DNA of 64,000 bases, taken from the NCBI RefSeq assembly GCF_009914755.1, contig NC_060925.1, one strand, 5' to 3'. Shown here piece after piece: positions 1-15,569 of the stretch (positions are counted from its first letter, which is position 1; the number at the start of each line of letters is the position of its first letter). The DNA comes from the human T2T-CHM13v2.0 reference genome, Homo sapiens. The notes under the pieces were generated by a model. That model was not told the origin of the DNA. It saw only the letters and a list, made by a program, of their open reading frames with translations, and searched no databases. Made by a program: the position numbers and the translations under genes.

Positions 1-943
1 GAGATTATGGATATTCAAAGAAATTGTCTTTCCTTTGTATATTGTCATAACTTTTTGTGAAATGTTTGTTTTATAGTTCCAGGCCAGCACCTAGAACCTG
101 GCTAGAATAAAAAACTGCAGAAATCATGAGTTTCTTGTTTGGATGAAAGAGCACACCTATTAACAAATGATAGACGGCTATCCTACTGTGAGTCCTGAAA
201 ACTGGTGATGTGATTGTTGAATGGGTTAGGGGTATAGCAGAGAAACTCAGTGTGGGCTACATACAATTTCAGCTTGAATCACACTTAACAGATCCTCTGT
301 TCCAACCATTTAAATTTACAAAGAAGAAACTAAGGCACAGAACTACTTGAGAAGAGAAGCAGAATTGAAAACTAGAGCTCCTGATTGTTCTCAAAATAAT
401 TTTTATCATACTGCATCGGGTTCTAAGTGAGAGGGCTTCTTATTTAGTAATGCCAAGGTCATGTGTTAACATGTAAAAAAAATTAGACGAGGAATGGGGC
501 ATTGGTGTAAGATTATACAGAGTGTAAAGTTGGGCTTTCTCTTATCATCTGTTGTCAACAACAGGATGATTGTTACTGTTACCCACTCCTTACCATCATT
601 CACACAGAGACATTGGATATTGAGGAGAGACTTTAAAACAGAATATTAGTAATGCAGAGCTATAAAGAGCCACGATCATATTAATACAATCCTCCATACA
701 CATAGTGACCTGTCTGCAGCTCCAGCCTAGAGAAACCCAGTTATTCACTTGTAGTGGGCAGCCCCATTATCAGAAAGCGCTATTCAATTGGAAATGCTCA
801 TCCGTGTTAGGTCAAAAACGACTTCCTCTAAATATCCATTCTGTGTATTGAAGTATAAATGAGTCCCACTTAAGAAAAAACAAAACAAACCAACTTCCAA
901 TGATTTAAAAATACTAACGTGACCCTCTTACGTTTACCTAAAG

Positions 944-1113
944 CTAGTGTTTCTCAAACATCAGCTGTATCAGAATCCCTGAAGGACTTGTTAAAACAAA
1001 TTGCTGGTCTCTACTCTGAGCTTCTGATTCATTAAATGTGGGATGGTACCTGAGAATCTGCATTTCTAACACGTTCCCAGGTGACCCTGATGCTGTTGCT
1101 CTGAGAACCACTT
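944..1113. mobile_element. MER5A-like hAT DNA transposon remnant
   Basis: Termini tagtgtttctcaaac...tgagaaccact and internal gaatctgcatttctaaca motif typical of MER5A. Confidence 0.65.
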
Positions 1114-1480
1114 TGAGATCCACATCTCTAAGCTCATCAGTCTGTCCGTTACACCTTACAAGACATACTTTCCTAATCTGACACCCTTCTATTTGTCTTT
1201 TTTTGGAATGCTTTAGAAATTTAGCAGTTATCTTTTTTATGTATTTTACATTTGTTACAGCTTTCCTTGGTGGACAGATATGAGTTTTCTACTTGAAAAT
1301 AAACACGTTTTTCTTTAAAATATCATTAAATAAGAGTGTAATTAGTGATATAAAGCAAGATGACTAAAAAGAATCTCATTATTATGTTTGCACAGCCTGT
1401 ATACAAATTATTTGAACTAGAAAGGATTTGCTAAATAAATTATTTCTATTTCCCTCACTTAATAGTGAATATTATGGTGA

Positions 1481-1969
<489 letters not shown>

Positions 1970-4070
1970 TGATTGTGCACCTTTAGACAACTTATCAGTT
2001 TCCTCATTTTTATACAGCAATAAAATAGTAACAGCTACCCATTAAATTCTGTACAGAAGCTAGGGACAGACGCAATAACACTTGCATATCTATAAAGGCT
2101 TTGTAAATGTGGGTATTATATCTAATGTTTATGCACATGCTGTTTGATTATTTTCATTTGGAATTCCACTCCATTAAAGGAAAAGTAACATACGAATTCA
2201 GATTCTTGTAAGTCTTCAGGCATGAGGCCTCCATTGACTAAGTACATTGCCTACATAATTTCTCCTAACCCAAATGAATCTCCAGTTAAACCAAGCTGGT
2301 GGTTATGTACTGTCTCCAGAGGATGCCAAGCATAAAGTCCTTGAGTATATTCATCTTGGATCCTCTGATTGGACAACTGCGGTATTGAGACTTCAAGTTC
2401 CCCCTTGAAGGCCCCAGACGGTACCTGTAATTTTACTCAAGTTTTAAATGTATACTCTTTGTTAAGAAAGAGTGACAATGATTTGATTTATTTTCCGTGA
2501 CTGGGGTTAGGGATGGGGGAGACTCTAGGAATGTGACTTACCAGTGAGATTCTAGTTTTATAAATCATAGGACAAGTTTTGATAGGCAAATGTTGGACTA
2601 TAGGGCTGAGGTTGTTTTCCACCACAACATATAGACTTCTACTAGCCCTTGAAGGAAAAAACACGAGAAAATCAGTTGGGTCAGCTGAGTATTCCTTTAT
2701 GAGTATGGAACAGACTTACATAACAATTCTGCAGGTAATGGCTCTGGAAAGGTCAACCACTTAGTTTTGGACAACTCTTTTCTATTCTGTATAACCACTT
2801 TTTCACCAAAATGATACTAAATAAATATGCTATAGGAAGCTATATTTTGACATGACTGTTTTAGGCAAAGATACACTCACCAACTTACTCCACAAGAGTT
2901 TCTAATCAGAGAATATCATATGGATCTATTTGAATTGCTCCCATGCTTGGCTGAGCCCAAAATAATTTACTGTGCATATGTACACCAAGTGAGAAGGTTG
3001 AGGAGGTGTCACTTGTACATCTCTTTATTCTTTTTTTTTTGTATGTGTGTGTTATTTTCATGTGTTTTGAAAGGCTCTCTTGCTTAGCTTTTATTTTGCC
3101 ATTAAAGATTTTTTTCTGTGCTATAACTGTATTTTTAAGTCTGGTTTGAGTTCAAGAAATCCACAAATTCACAAAAGATTAGGAATAATTTGTGAACAAA
3201 ATGATGCAGAAATAAAAAATGCATTTTCCAAATAACTCCCTTGCAGTCCTTCTCGCCCAACTACCACTTTCTATTAAGTTTCTTCTTCCTACTCTATGAA
3301 GTGCCATGAGCTTTCAATTCATTGTATTTTAAGTATAAGCTATACTTACTAACCTTCACCTTATTCTTTGCTACTTAAATAAGCTTGCTTTCATAGTTCA
3401 ATTGACGTATTGTTTAACTGATATTTTTAATTGGTATATTTTGATATATATTGATAATTGATAGATACATAATTCATTTGAGATATTTTGGGTATGGAGG
3501 GTTGGAAGGAATCCTTTCATAATTTTTCTACTTAAAAGAAATCTTTTTTCATTTAACAGCTTTTCCCATGGGGATAGAGTTTTCATGAATAAAGCAAAGT
3601 CATTAAATGAGGTATATGGTACATCTTTTAAGAGTCACAGAAAGAAGCAACAACAATTTACCCAGGCAGAGGGTATAAGTTTAGACCTTGGTTGCCTGAT
3701 TTGTGGGACAAGTTCTTTAATTTTTTTTCTTTATATTTTGACTTTTTTTTGGACTCTCTCCTCCCCTTCCAGGCTCCAGGTCAAATACTTGACACCTGAA
3801 TGATGTTCAATTATTTAAAAGATGGATTGGCCAGCTCAGCTCCTGTCTCAGACAGACTGTCTTTAAATGTATTTTCAACATGTCTTCAGACAGTTATTTT
3901 TCCTCTGTTCAATTTTGTTCATCTTCTTACTTAACCGTTCAAGTGCTCCTATTTCCTTTTTAAATGTAGTATTGAGAAGTGCAAACATTATTGGAAAAGA
4001 GAGTCTCACTAGCATAATTGTGCATTATCTTCCTCTTATATCGCCGGCCTCCCTGCACCCCCATGCCCAC

Positions 4071-4799
4071 CTCCTCCTCGCGCCTCCATGCCGCCTCCCA
4101 CCGCTCCAGCTCCTTGCAGCTGAGAGTCCAGTCACTGGTCACCTTTCGTATCTCCTCACTCAGAGCCTGGTTGGCCAAACCTGCCTAGTCCAGCTGTTCT
4201 CAGAGCATGGCATTCACCTGGGCCAGGCTGGCACTCCTGAATGGGGCACAGGGGATCAGTAGGCGCTCGCCCAGGGGGCCATGCTGCCAGCCCTGGCCCT
4301 CCCTGCTGCTCCTCCTCCAGCCAGATGAGGGCAATCTCCAGGTCTTGGCTGTGCTCTGCGTCCTGGGTGGCAGAGAGGTTAAAGCATCAGGCTGGGCAGG
4401 TGGAGGGCAGGGCCTGCCTCTGCCCCACCCTGGCACCCACCCTCAGCTGCTGCTGCTCCAGCTCTCCGGATCTCTCCAACAGCTGCTCCAGCTCCGAGAA
4501 CCTCTTCTTGTACTGGAGAATCTGGGGATTGGGAGCTGATGGTGAGCCCCAGGGGTGGGGGCAGGGCAAAGTGAACACGTGGGAGGGAAAGAGCAGGAAT
4601 GGGTGGCCCTGACCTTGCCCTGCAGCCGCTGCACAAGCTGGGCCTGCCGCTGCTGGCCCTCCAGGTAGGCCTGCAGCTTGCGCCACTAGGAGGCCTGCTC
4701 CTCCTGCAGCTGCCTCCGCAACTCCACGCTCTGGAGTACCAGCCCCCTGGGCTCTTGCGTCTCCAGCTCACCAGATTGCAGCCACAGAGCCTGCTCCAG
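4071..4799 (-). pseudogene. CROCC (rootletin) unprocessed pseudogene fragment, 4 exons: 4614-4799, 4441-4521, ~4301-4362, 4071-4236
   Basis: Exons translate to rootletin N-terminal peptides (ELRRQLQEEQAS*..QAQLVQRLQGK; ILQYKKRFSELEQLLERSGELEQQQLR; HSQDLEIALIWLEEEQQ; SASLAQVNAML*EQLD*AGLANQALSEEIRKV). AG/GT borders present; stops at 4686-4688, 4200-4202 and 4185-4187; donor near 4300 damaged. Confidence 0.88.
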
Positions 4800-5388
4800 C
4801 TGCAGGGAAGGGCCCTGGGTGAGAGTCCTGGGCCTCCTGGGAAGGCAGGCTCAGGCCTCTGTAGGGGGTGGCAGGCTGGGCCCAGACCCACAATGCCTTG
4901 TAGGCTGATAGCCTGGCGCCCTGGGGAGCAGCACATGTGGGCAAGCCCAGGGGCAGTGCACGTGTGCATGGGGTGATGCAGCCATGCACGGGCACGCAGA
5001 TGGGGCATGCATGGACACATGCAGGTGAGCCCACAAACCCAAACCATGCAAGCAAAGCTCAAAGGTGCACCTGGGGTCTACGTCAGGGGCCTCAGTACAC
5101 CATGCGCCTCTCCTCCAGAACACTTAGCCCTGTCGTGGTTTCTGTTTATTACATTGATGCCTGTGTCTTCCCACCATGCCCCCACCCCAGTGTGAGCTCA
5201 GAAAGCCTGGATTTTTTGTTCCTCATTGTATCTTAGTGCTATAATGGTGTCTGTGGAATGGCATGGCTCACGCTCAGTAAATATTTCTTGTGATGGTGAA
5301 TTAATGGCATGAGCTCATGGGAATACATTCAAACAGAGGTGTCAATCCGCCTATGCATATCTGAGCTTAAAAATATGCACACACATAA

Positions 5389-5808
<420 letters not shown>

Positions 5809-6676
5809 TTATTTATTTATGTATTCATTTATTTGTCTCATGGGCTGAGCGAGGGGACCCCGGCTGGTGGAGGGACAGCTGCGCCCTGCAGGCCGCTGCG
5901 TCCGGGCAGACCCCGGCCTCTTGTCGTGCCCCCGGCCCGCGACAACCCGGGCAGGATGGGCAGCAGGACGCGGCGGGGCATCCGCGGAGCCCGTCGGGAA
6001 CGCTCTCTTGGCCTCCAGTGCCGGGCAGCGGTGGGTGCGGCACCCACAGTGCCCACAGCGCCCCCAGCCCTGGGACATGGCTCCAGCCCGCCCCCAGGCA
6101 GGCGGCCTCCTTCGCCGGGAGCACGTCGCCTGGGCAACATGGAGAAACTTCAACTCTTAAAAAAACAAGACAGCCACCACAACAACAAAAACAAGAACAG
6201 ATATAAGCCGGCTGTGGTGACTCGTGCCTCTGCTACTCCAGAGGCTGAGGTGGGAGGATCGATTCAACCAAGATACAGTGAGACTGTCTCTCAGAGAAAA
6301 AGTCAAACAAACAAAAAAAGAGGCTGTGTAAGAGGTGACTCTGGGGACAGTGGAAAAACACTAAGGTTTTCAAGTGGTGTTAAAAGCCACTAGGCCTTGG
6401 GGACCATTGAGCAATCTACAAAGCATGGAAGCCTAGATCCCTGAGCTCTGCCTGCCAAGTACCACCACAGCTAACATGGGAGACCTCCCCCACAGAGACT
6501 GAAATTTGCCTCCCGAGGAAACAAGTGACTACAGACATCTGTCCCAGGACAGTAAACAAGAAAGCAAGGTCTCACAAAAACAAAAACAGCTGACCACAGC
6601 ATACAATCACTGAGACCGAGCCTGCGACTATAGGTGAAAAAAAAAAATGCTGTCCATTATTCATACCATGAAAGAC

Positions 6677-7276
6677 CAGGGGAAAGTGGGAACGCAGTCC
6701 CCTACTACTGTTGTGGGAATCAGGAGAACAGAGAGACCAATGGGTGGAACAGGAGGATTTATTGACTGCACTGAGGCCCAGCAGATGAAAATCCAAAGGC
6801 TGAGCCCCGAACAAAGACAGGGCTTAACTTTATAGACACTTCTGAAAGGGGGTCGGCTAGTTTGAATGGCGCGGCGGGAATTTGATGGCATGAAACTCGG
6901 GGGCAGGCAAGAGGGCTTATAGAAGCAGAACAAAGGCAGCTAATCAAACTGTCACAGGTCTTGCAATGCAAGTATAGCTGGTGACCTTGCAGCTGCACTG
7001 AAGGGAAATCAAGAACTTAACAAAACTTGAATAATTAGAAATGGGAAGGGGGAAAGAGAAGGTAGTAAAGGCATTTGTTGTTTTTTCCTCTTATCTTTGT
7101 TGGGGCTTACTGTGTTGAGAGAGTCTCCGGAACTCACTCCTCGCGGCTCTGACTTTTCAGATCGTGTTACCGAGGATCTGCTAGGGCTCTATCTATGGCA
7201 GGTCTTGGAGTCAGCCAAGTACAGGGAACCTGTCTTTTCCTTTTAACTTCTGCCTTATTACTACAAGTTGTACAGC
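6677..7276 (-). pseudogene. U1 snRNA 3'-end pseudogene fragment (6677-6708 and 7261-7276) interrupted by a solo LTR
   Basis: caggggaaagtgggaacgcagtcccctactac matches the U1 3' end at 14374-14405; the match resumes after the LTR (ctacaagttgtacagc vs U1 ccacaaattatgcagt); flank at 6321-6372 resembles U1 flank at 14049-14100. Confidence 0.75.
6709..7260 (-). mobile_element. Solo ERV LTR with target-site duplication CTAC
   Basis: Starts tgttg; tttatt (antisense polyA signal) near 6758; ctac at 6705-6708 and 7261-7264; family not assigned. Confidence 0.7.
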
Positions 7277-7839
7277 ACACCATGCCTGGTTTTCATCAGC
7301 AATGTTTCCTGAGGTTACAGAAAGATTTCTAATCCTGGGAGGAAACACTCCCTTGAAGCAAAAGTGTTCTCCCCCAAAAAATGCAAGGAGCTATCTTCTA
7401 GATAGCCAGGCAGATAATTCTCAGGTTTTGCCCCACAGAATCTCTATCTAAAATACAGCAGTGGTCATGCCTAGTGAAAAGTTTGAGGGAACTCGCCCAG
7501 TGTTGGGTTTCTTCAGAGCCATATATATAGATATAACCAAATATCCTAAAAGACACTGCCCTTCATCATTCCATGCTGTTAGACATTTACAGGACCATGG
7601 ATGGTGATCTCCTCCAGACAAAAATAAATGCTGGTGCAGAATAGGTAAGTGTATTATAATTTGAGGACATCAGCTTTTGGGCATTTTAAACCATGGGTCA
7701 GACATGTTAGAGCAAGAGGCCAGGTTGATAGCAAGAGGGAGTGTTTTTCTTTTAATTTGTCAATAGCAAAGTGATGTTTGCCACTGTGATTTCAGAGTGA
7801 GGTGGCAATTTGTTGTTGTTTGGTTTTGTGGGTTTTTGT

Positions 7840-8005
7840 TTGTTTGTTTGTTTGTTTGTTTTTGAGACAAGGTCTCACTGTCACCCAGGCTGGAGTGCAG
7901 TGGCATGATCAGGGTTTACTCCTGCCTTGACCTCATGAATTCAAGCAAACCTCCTTACTAATCCTCCCGAGTAGCTGGGACTACAGGCACGTGACCCCAC
8001 ACCCT
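7840..8005 (-). mobile_element. Alu fragment (old, J-like)
   Basis: (TTTG)n tail followed by gagacaaggtctcactgtcacccaggctggagtgcagtgg. Confidence 0.8.
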
Positions 8006-8130
8006 GGGGTGTGAACTGGGATTTGATGTTTTCAGTTGGCTCTCTAATGGAATAGGTTCCCTTACTCTTGTAGAATCAGATTGTCTTCATGATTATCATT
8101 CTTGTGTGCATTATATTTCTACTACCCTGC

Positions 8131-8432
8131 TATTTTTTTTTCTATTTTTCTTTTTTCTTTTTATTTTTTTCTTTGTGAGACAGAGTCTCGCTCTGTCTCC
8201 CAGGCTGTATTGCAGTAGCAGGATCTCAGCTCACTGCAACCTCCACCTCCTGGGTTCAAGCAATTCTTTTGCTTCAGCCTCCTGAGTAGCCACCTGGCTA
8301 ATTTTTGTATTTTTAGTGGAGACAGGGTTTCACCATGTTGGCAGGCTGGTCTCAATCTCCTGACCTCAAGTGATTCACCCGCCTCAGCCTCCCAAAGTGC
8401 TGGGATTACAGGCATGAACTACCACACCTGGC
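8131..8432 (-). mobile_element. Alu
   Basis: Antisense Alu consensus with internal deletion. Confidence 0.9.
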
Positions 8433-8479
8433 TCTCAAACCATTTTAGTTAAGCAAAGACAGATTTGTCTGGCTTTTTA

Positions 8480-9230
8480 GTACAATGCTGAATTATCCTC
8501 CAATCTATATTTTTAGGAAGGACCTGGGGAATGGCAACTTGGAGATATTTGGTGAAAATGTGAACCTTTCATGTTCTGCTTCAGTCCCTTTTTGAAAATC
8601 CTTCCAATTTACCTTTTGCAACCAGTTAGTGGCCTTCCCTTCTTCACCAGCATGTGAGTTAATTGATAAAGATCAGAATATTTGGGCTCAAAGGTTTCAA
8701 CAGTTAAGTCAAATTTTCTGCCAAAGCCTACAGGATCTTGGAGCCTGCTTTAGAAACAGAAGAGTGAAATGTATTTAAGTTTAGATCAGGGAAGTCCTTT
8801 ATAATATTCTTAATTCACGTTTTGGTGAAGTGGTATACACAACGGTAGGCTCCCCTCTTCCTGTGGGTTTGGGTTTTACCTTGAAAGGGGCTGTCAGAAC
8901 AGAAGTTTCAGGGAAGGGACCAGATCCCTGGGGACTTTCCTTAGGTGATGGTGATGGAAGAAGAGGCAAGGCAGGACAGGAAGGCTCAGGTAAGAAAGAC
9001 TATGCAGGTGCAGGGGCAGGAGGAGAAGGAGCAGTTGGAGGTGAAAGAGACAAAGCCTCCTCAATATTTCTCAAATCAGAAAACATGACAGTCTACCTCC
9101 TTCAGCTTACTTCCTCAATGGAGGCAATTTTCTCAGTTCTTTTAGAAATTTTAGAAATTTAGACATTTCTAGGTCTCATTGGAATTAAGTCTCCTATTTA
9201 ATTTGTCTGGTTCAAAAACCAAATTTCTCT
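8480..9230 (-). mobile_element. ERV1 (MER4-group-like) gag remnant
   Basis: Minus strand gives a Pro-rich stretch then APFKV..VVYT..ELR/IIKDFPD, resembling decayed MER4-group gag; frameshifted. Confidence 0.45.
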
Positions 9231-9871
9231 GTCTCTCTCTGTTTTTTTTTTTTTTTTTTTGAGACAGGGTCACCCAGACTGGAGTGCAGTGGTGTGATCT
9301 CGGCTTACTGCACTCACCACTTGCTGCATGACAGCCAATAAGTCGAGAGTTGAGGTGTAGGGGCAGGGAAGGTGACTTTATTCCAGAGAGCCACCAAACT
9401 GAACAGATGGTGAAGTAACATCCTGAAGAACCATCTTAAATTAATACTATTTTCCGGCTCCTTGTACATTAGGGAAGGGAGGAAGAAGGAGGCGATTGAG
9501 GTGAAGAGGTCTGACAATGACAGACATGGGCTGCAGTGAGAGCCCAAGGGGATGGTGAAAATTGTTGGTCCTTTGTCAGGTCACACTTCTCTTATAAATC
9601 TTCAGCATAACACTGTTACTTGTGTATACAACCTCTCTATCTTCTCAGGAGTTAGTTTGGGGAAGGGATTATTATCATCTGTGCTTTAAAGTTAAACTGT
9701 AAGCTAAATCCCTCCCATAGATAGCTTGGCCTATGTGCAGAAATAAGAAAAAGCAGTTAGCCTGGAAGATGTCACCACACGGTAGGAAGGGTTAGGAGCA
9801 AAATGCAGTCAGTCATGCTAGGCCTCCTTTTCATTGCCATATATTTAATGTATTTGAACACGTAATTTTAA

Positions 9872-10177
<306 letters not shown>

Positions 10178-10246
10178 TAACCAAGATTATTAAACCATTC
10201 TAATTTGTCAAAAGAGTCACACTGATTTTTAAAAAATAATGTAATG

Positions 10247-10596
<350 letters not shown>

Positions 10597-10777
10597 TTAC
10601 ATTATTTAAATTGTTCAAAAGCATCAAAGATTCCTCTCTGCTATCAACTTCATTTATTTTATTGTACCAAACTACCAGGACCATTAATTTAATCTACAGC
10701 TAAATCTATTATTTTTTCATGTTAGAAATTCAACAAGAAAATTTTTCCCTAATGAAACCTCACATTTCAAGCATAAG

Positions 10778-11635
<858 letters not shown>

Positions 11636-12717
11636 AATTTTCTTATTTTAATTTTATATAAGTGATTATTATTGTTCCTAAGATAATTGGGGCAGTGACT
11701 CCTTTACAATTTTAGAGATCTAATTTGTCTATTCACTTCACTGAAAGAGTATGCCAATTTGTTTCATGAGAAAATATCCTATATTTGAAAAGAAGGAAAA
11801 TTCCTTCCACCAAACTAGGGTGCATTCTAAAGAAACGAATTGTTCTAAGTAACATCACTTAAAGTGCAAACAGAGGCAATGGTATCTATTAACAATGTTT
11901 ATCAGTGAAGGAAATAAACTGAAAATATGAACATCATTAGATCCTCGGAGGGCCTTCATTGCTGAAAATCTGAGTAATATTGTGATACTCTTTTGAGTCT
12001 GGCAGGACATTCTCTTTCCAGGGCATGTAACAGTGGGTGAATAATTTCTTTTCATTCATTTCCATTAAGGGCTGAACTTCCTTAATGTTCTGGAGATTAT
12101 TAAATTTGATTTGTATAGTTGTGAAAAGTACTCATATTGCTGATTCCATTGCTTATATGTGATCATATAAATCTTTTCTCTTTCTGTAGTGTGGTTTAAA
12201 CTTAATCCTTAAAGGGCATGTATTTGAATTTTTCAGCTGGTTAGAAACCTGAATATACCAATCAAATAAAACTGCTCCTTACATGCTACAGATTTAGTTT
12301 TCTTCCTGTACTAAGATGTCTTTTAGATACAGTAAATTCGTTAAAGCCAAGAGCCCCAAGGAAATGAAGTTGGGTGGGAGGGGGGACATCGAGTAGTAAG
12401 ATCACTCTTGTAACAGAGATGCCACTCTTGCAGATATTGACAAAAATTGGGCCTATAAAATGTTTACCAAACATTGGAAAGACAAGATCTGAACAACTTA
12501 TCATTGCTGCAGTCTCAAATATCAGGAAATGCCATTATTCTCAGGACAATAAATAGACAATAAAGAAGACTCACAGACCAGATTAGCTGTCATGTATCAC
12601 CAAACAGGGACTGGATCCTTGTTAACACGACCCAACAGAGATTGTCCCCAGAAATTCACTTCATAACCTCAAAACCAAAAACCCACACTGATGGCAAAAA
12701 ATAATGATGCAAAGAAT

Positions 12718-12780
<63 letters not shown>
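12718..12780. repeat. (GA)n/(CT)n microsatellite downstream of U1
   Basis: About 30 GA units read directly. Confidence 0.97.
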
Positions 12781-12783
<3 letters not shown>

Positions 12784-12937
12784 CCTGTCCTATAGCCATA
12801 CTCAGTGGGTAAAAGCCAAAGAGCTCAATTTCTGCTCATGATACTTAATAGAACATAGGGAACATGAGCCAATAGCTCAATGGGTTCAGATCTGCACCAA
12901 GTGCCTGTTGGACGCAGGATTCTACTGTCTCCAATAA

Positions 12938-13225
<288 letters not shown>

Positions 13226-14349
13226 CTGATCAAAAGTAGGTGAGGTCAGAAAACATACCCTGGGAGAGGCTGGCACAATGCCCAGAACCGCTATCGCTAG
13301 GCCTGGGGTTTTCCTCTGTAGTGGAATACTAGTGTTCATGTAGTGCAGGGACAAAACCAATTAGATAGTTCTGGGAGTTAAAAAGAGATGATTTACAGTG
13401 CCATTTGAGAAGGGGTATTAAGGAATTTGCCAGGGCACTGATGCGTGTCAGGTGTAAACCTCAGGTTGAGAGAGAGCTAAGTATTTTCTGTCCATGAAGG
13501 TGATAAGCGAGGGCCTGAAGAAAGAGGGACTGGGGAGGACACTGGCACCAGAAATAGGAAAGGGCTTCTTGGGGGTGGGAAGGATGGGTCACGGTGCTAT
13601 CTATAAAGTTGGCTGGCAGTGGATGTAGGATGTGGGAGTGAGACATCAAACATGAAGCAGTCGCTTAAAGTCTAAAGAAACACTAGATATATGAACTGCA
13701 GGAGATAGTAGGGAAACTGGACCGGCTCCTCATAAAACTTCCCGCCTTCTATCTCCGGGAGGATCGCAGGGCATTTCCGCCAAGACAGGTGAGACTGCGG
13801 TTCTGACCTGCGGGCCTCCATGCATATGCGCTAGGGCACCTGGGGGCCGGCAGAGCCGTTCCCCTACGCAAAGTAAGAGTGTTATGTCTACAACCCAACG
13901 GGGACACTGAGAGCCCCAAAGGCCCTGCTTTCTTCCCAGAGAACAGCGCCCATCTGCATAATTTCTACCTGGCTCTATGAGGTGAGAACACACTCCCCGC
14001 TAGCACAGAAATCCTACAAACTCCTGTGGGGGCTGCGCTTGGAAGCAGAGGCTGTGTAAGAGGTGACTTGGGGGGTAGGGAAAAACACGAAGATTTTCAC
14101 ACAGGGTGAGAACCCAAGAGACTGGAGACCACGGACCAATCCCTGCAAAAAGCAGCCAGGGTAGAAATGGAAGAGCTGAGCGGACTTCACCATAGCTAAT
14201 TTGTGTTACAAAGCCGATACGGCTGATGCTCGCTTTTTCTCCTATGGCGTGCAGGCCACATGTTACTTCTTATTCCCCAGGCCTCCACTGTAGGATTAAC
14301 AACTAAGACACAAACCAATACGAAAAAAGACATGACCCTTGGCATACAG

Positions 14350-14363
14350 TCTGTTTTTGAAAC
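14350..14363 (-). terminator. snRNA 3' box GTTTCAAAAACAGA
   Basis: Fits GTTTN0-3AAARNNAGA, 10 nt downstream of the U1 3' end. Confidence 0.85.
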
Positions 14364-14373
14364 TCCAGAAAGT

Positions 14374-14537
14374 CAGGGGAAAGCGCGAACGCAGTCCCCC
14401 ACTACCACAAATTATGCAGTCGAGTTTCCCACATTTGGGGAAATCGCAGGGGTCAGCACATCCGGAGTGCAATGGATAAGCCTCGCCCTGGGAAAACCAC
14501 CTTCGTGATCATGGTATCTCCCCTGCCAGGTAAGTAT
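14374..14537 (-). ncRNA. RNU1-3: U1 small nuclear RNA, canonical 164 nt
   Basis: Minus strand ATACTTACCTGGCAGGGGAGATACC...ATAATTTGTGG (Sm site)...CTTTCCCCTG with no differences from canonical U1 as I recall it; paralog number inferred from neighbours only. Confidence 0.95.
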
Positions 14538-14577
14538 GAGATCTTCGGGCTCTGCCCCGACACAGCCTCATACGCCT

Positions 14578-14598
14578 CACTCTTTACACACACGGTCA
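14578..14598 (-). promoter_or_regulatory. U1 proximal sequence element (PSE)
   Basis: TGACCGTGTGTGTAAAGAGTG at -61 to -41. Confidence 0.9.
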
Positions 14599-14703
14599 CT
14601 TGCCCCGCGCACTCCCGAGCCCTTTCCAGCCCTGACACACAGCTGGGATTCTCACTTCCGATCCGCGGTCCTGAACCCGCTCCCAGGGCACGGGAACTCC
14701 TTC

Positions 14704-14770
14704 GTGGCGAAGCAGCAAGTGGCGAAGCAGCAGCCTCTGCGCTGCCTCATCTACATAGAAGTCGCCCTGT
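14704..14770 (-). promoter_or_regulatory. U1 distal sequence element: octamer-like ATGTAGAT (14749-14756) and 14-bp direct repeat (14704-14732)
   Basis: Octamer variant at about -215; gtggcgaagcagca occurs twice. Confidence 0.8.
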
Positions 14771-15569
14771 CCGTGATGTCACCGACAGTGCCTTGCCCAG
14801 TCCCCGTCTGCCTTTCTGCCACTCAACCGACCAATCTGCTGCCAGAGCCGCCAAGGGGAAGTGACGTCTGCCTCTCCCTTTTTCCCTCCCGCCCCTGCGT
14901 CTGTTCTCTCCCAAAGAAGCTGGTCCTTAGCCTGTGTTAAGGAGCAACCTTTCGGTGGCCAGATGGAGCCGGGGCATCCTTCTTCAAATAATGGCTTTTA
15001 ATTCGCAGACTAGAATGTTTCGGATTACAAAAGAAACCGGTTCTCTTCACATCCTTATCCTTGTGATGCAGCATTCCGCTTGCAATTGGAAGCCGTTTAA
15101 TATCAGAGAGAAACCATATTTATGAAAGTAAAGAGGCTGCTCAGATGACTGCAAACCAGCCGTCCTTACTGGTTTTATCACTGGTAATGTTATAAAGACA
15201 GTTGTCCAGTTTCATGAATCTTGTAGGTTTTTTTTTTTTTTGATGTTGTTTTTTTTTTCAAAAATCCGTATTGTAGAAAAATATGCTGTCCCAGAAGAGA
15301 TGATTGGACACTCTCAAGCGTGGTGCTGGACTTTGTCATCTCTTGCACAGCCATCTCCACACCTTAGTGCTTACCTCATGTTAGTTTTTTATATTCTGCA
15401 AAGACGAAACCAAAATAATCCAAATTTGACACAAATACCTGGGCTACATCTTATTTGAGATGTTTAACAAATGTCTGGATCATCTTTTCTTATATATTAC
15501 GCAGGAAACACTGTGAAGTAAGCAAAGTTGGAATGCCCAAGTGAAAGACCATTTGAATATTTACAAGTA

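Noticed and set aside
2268-2426. Exon-like minus-strand block (TTACAG|GTACCG...TTTGG|GTTAG) with one open frame
   Set aside because: No recognisable protein or partner exon; may be a lncRNA exon but I cannot support it
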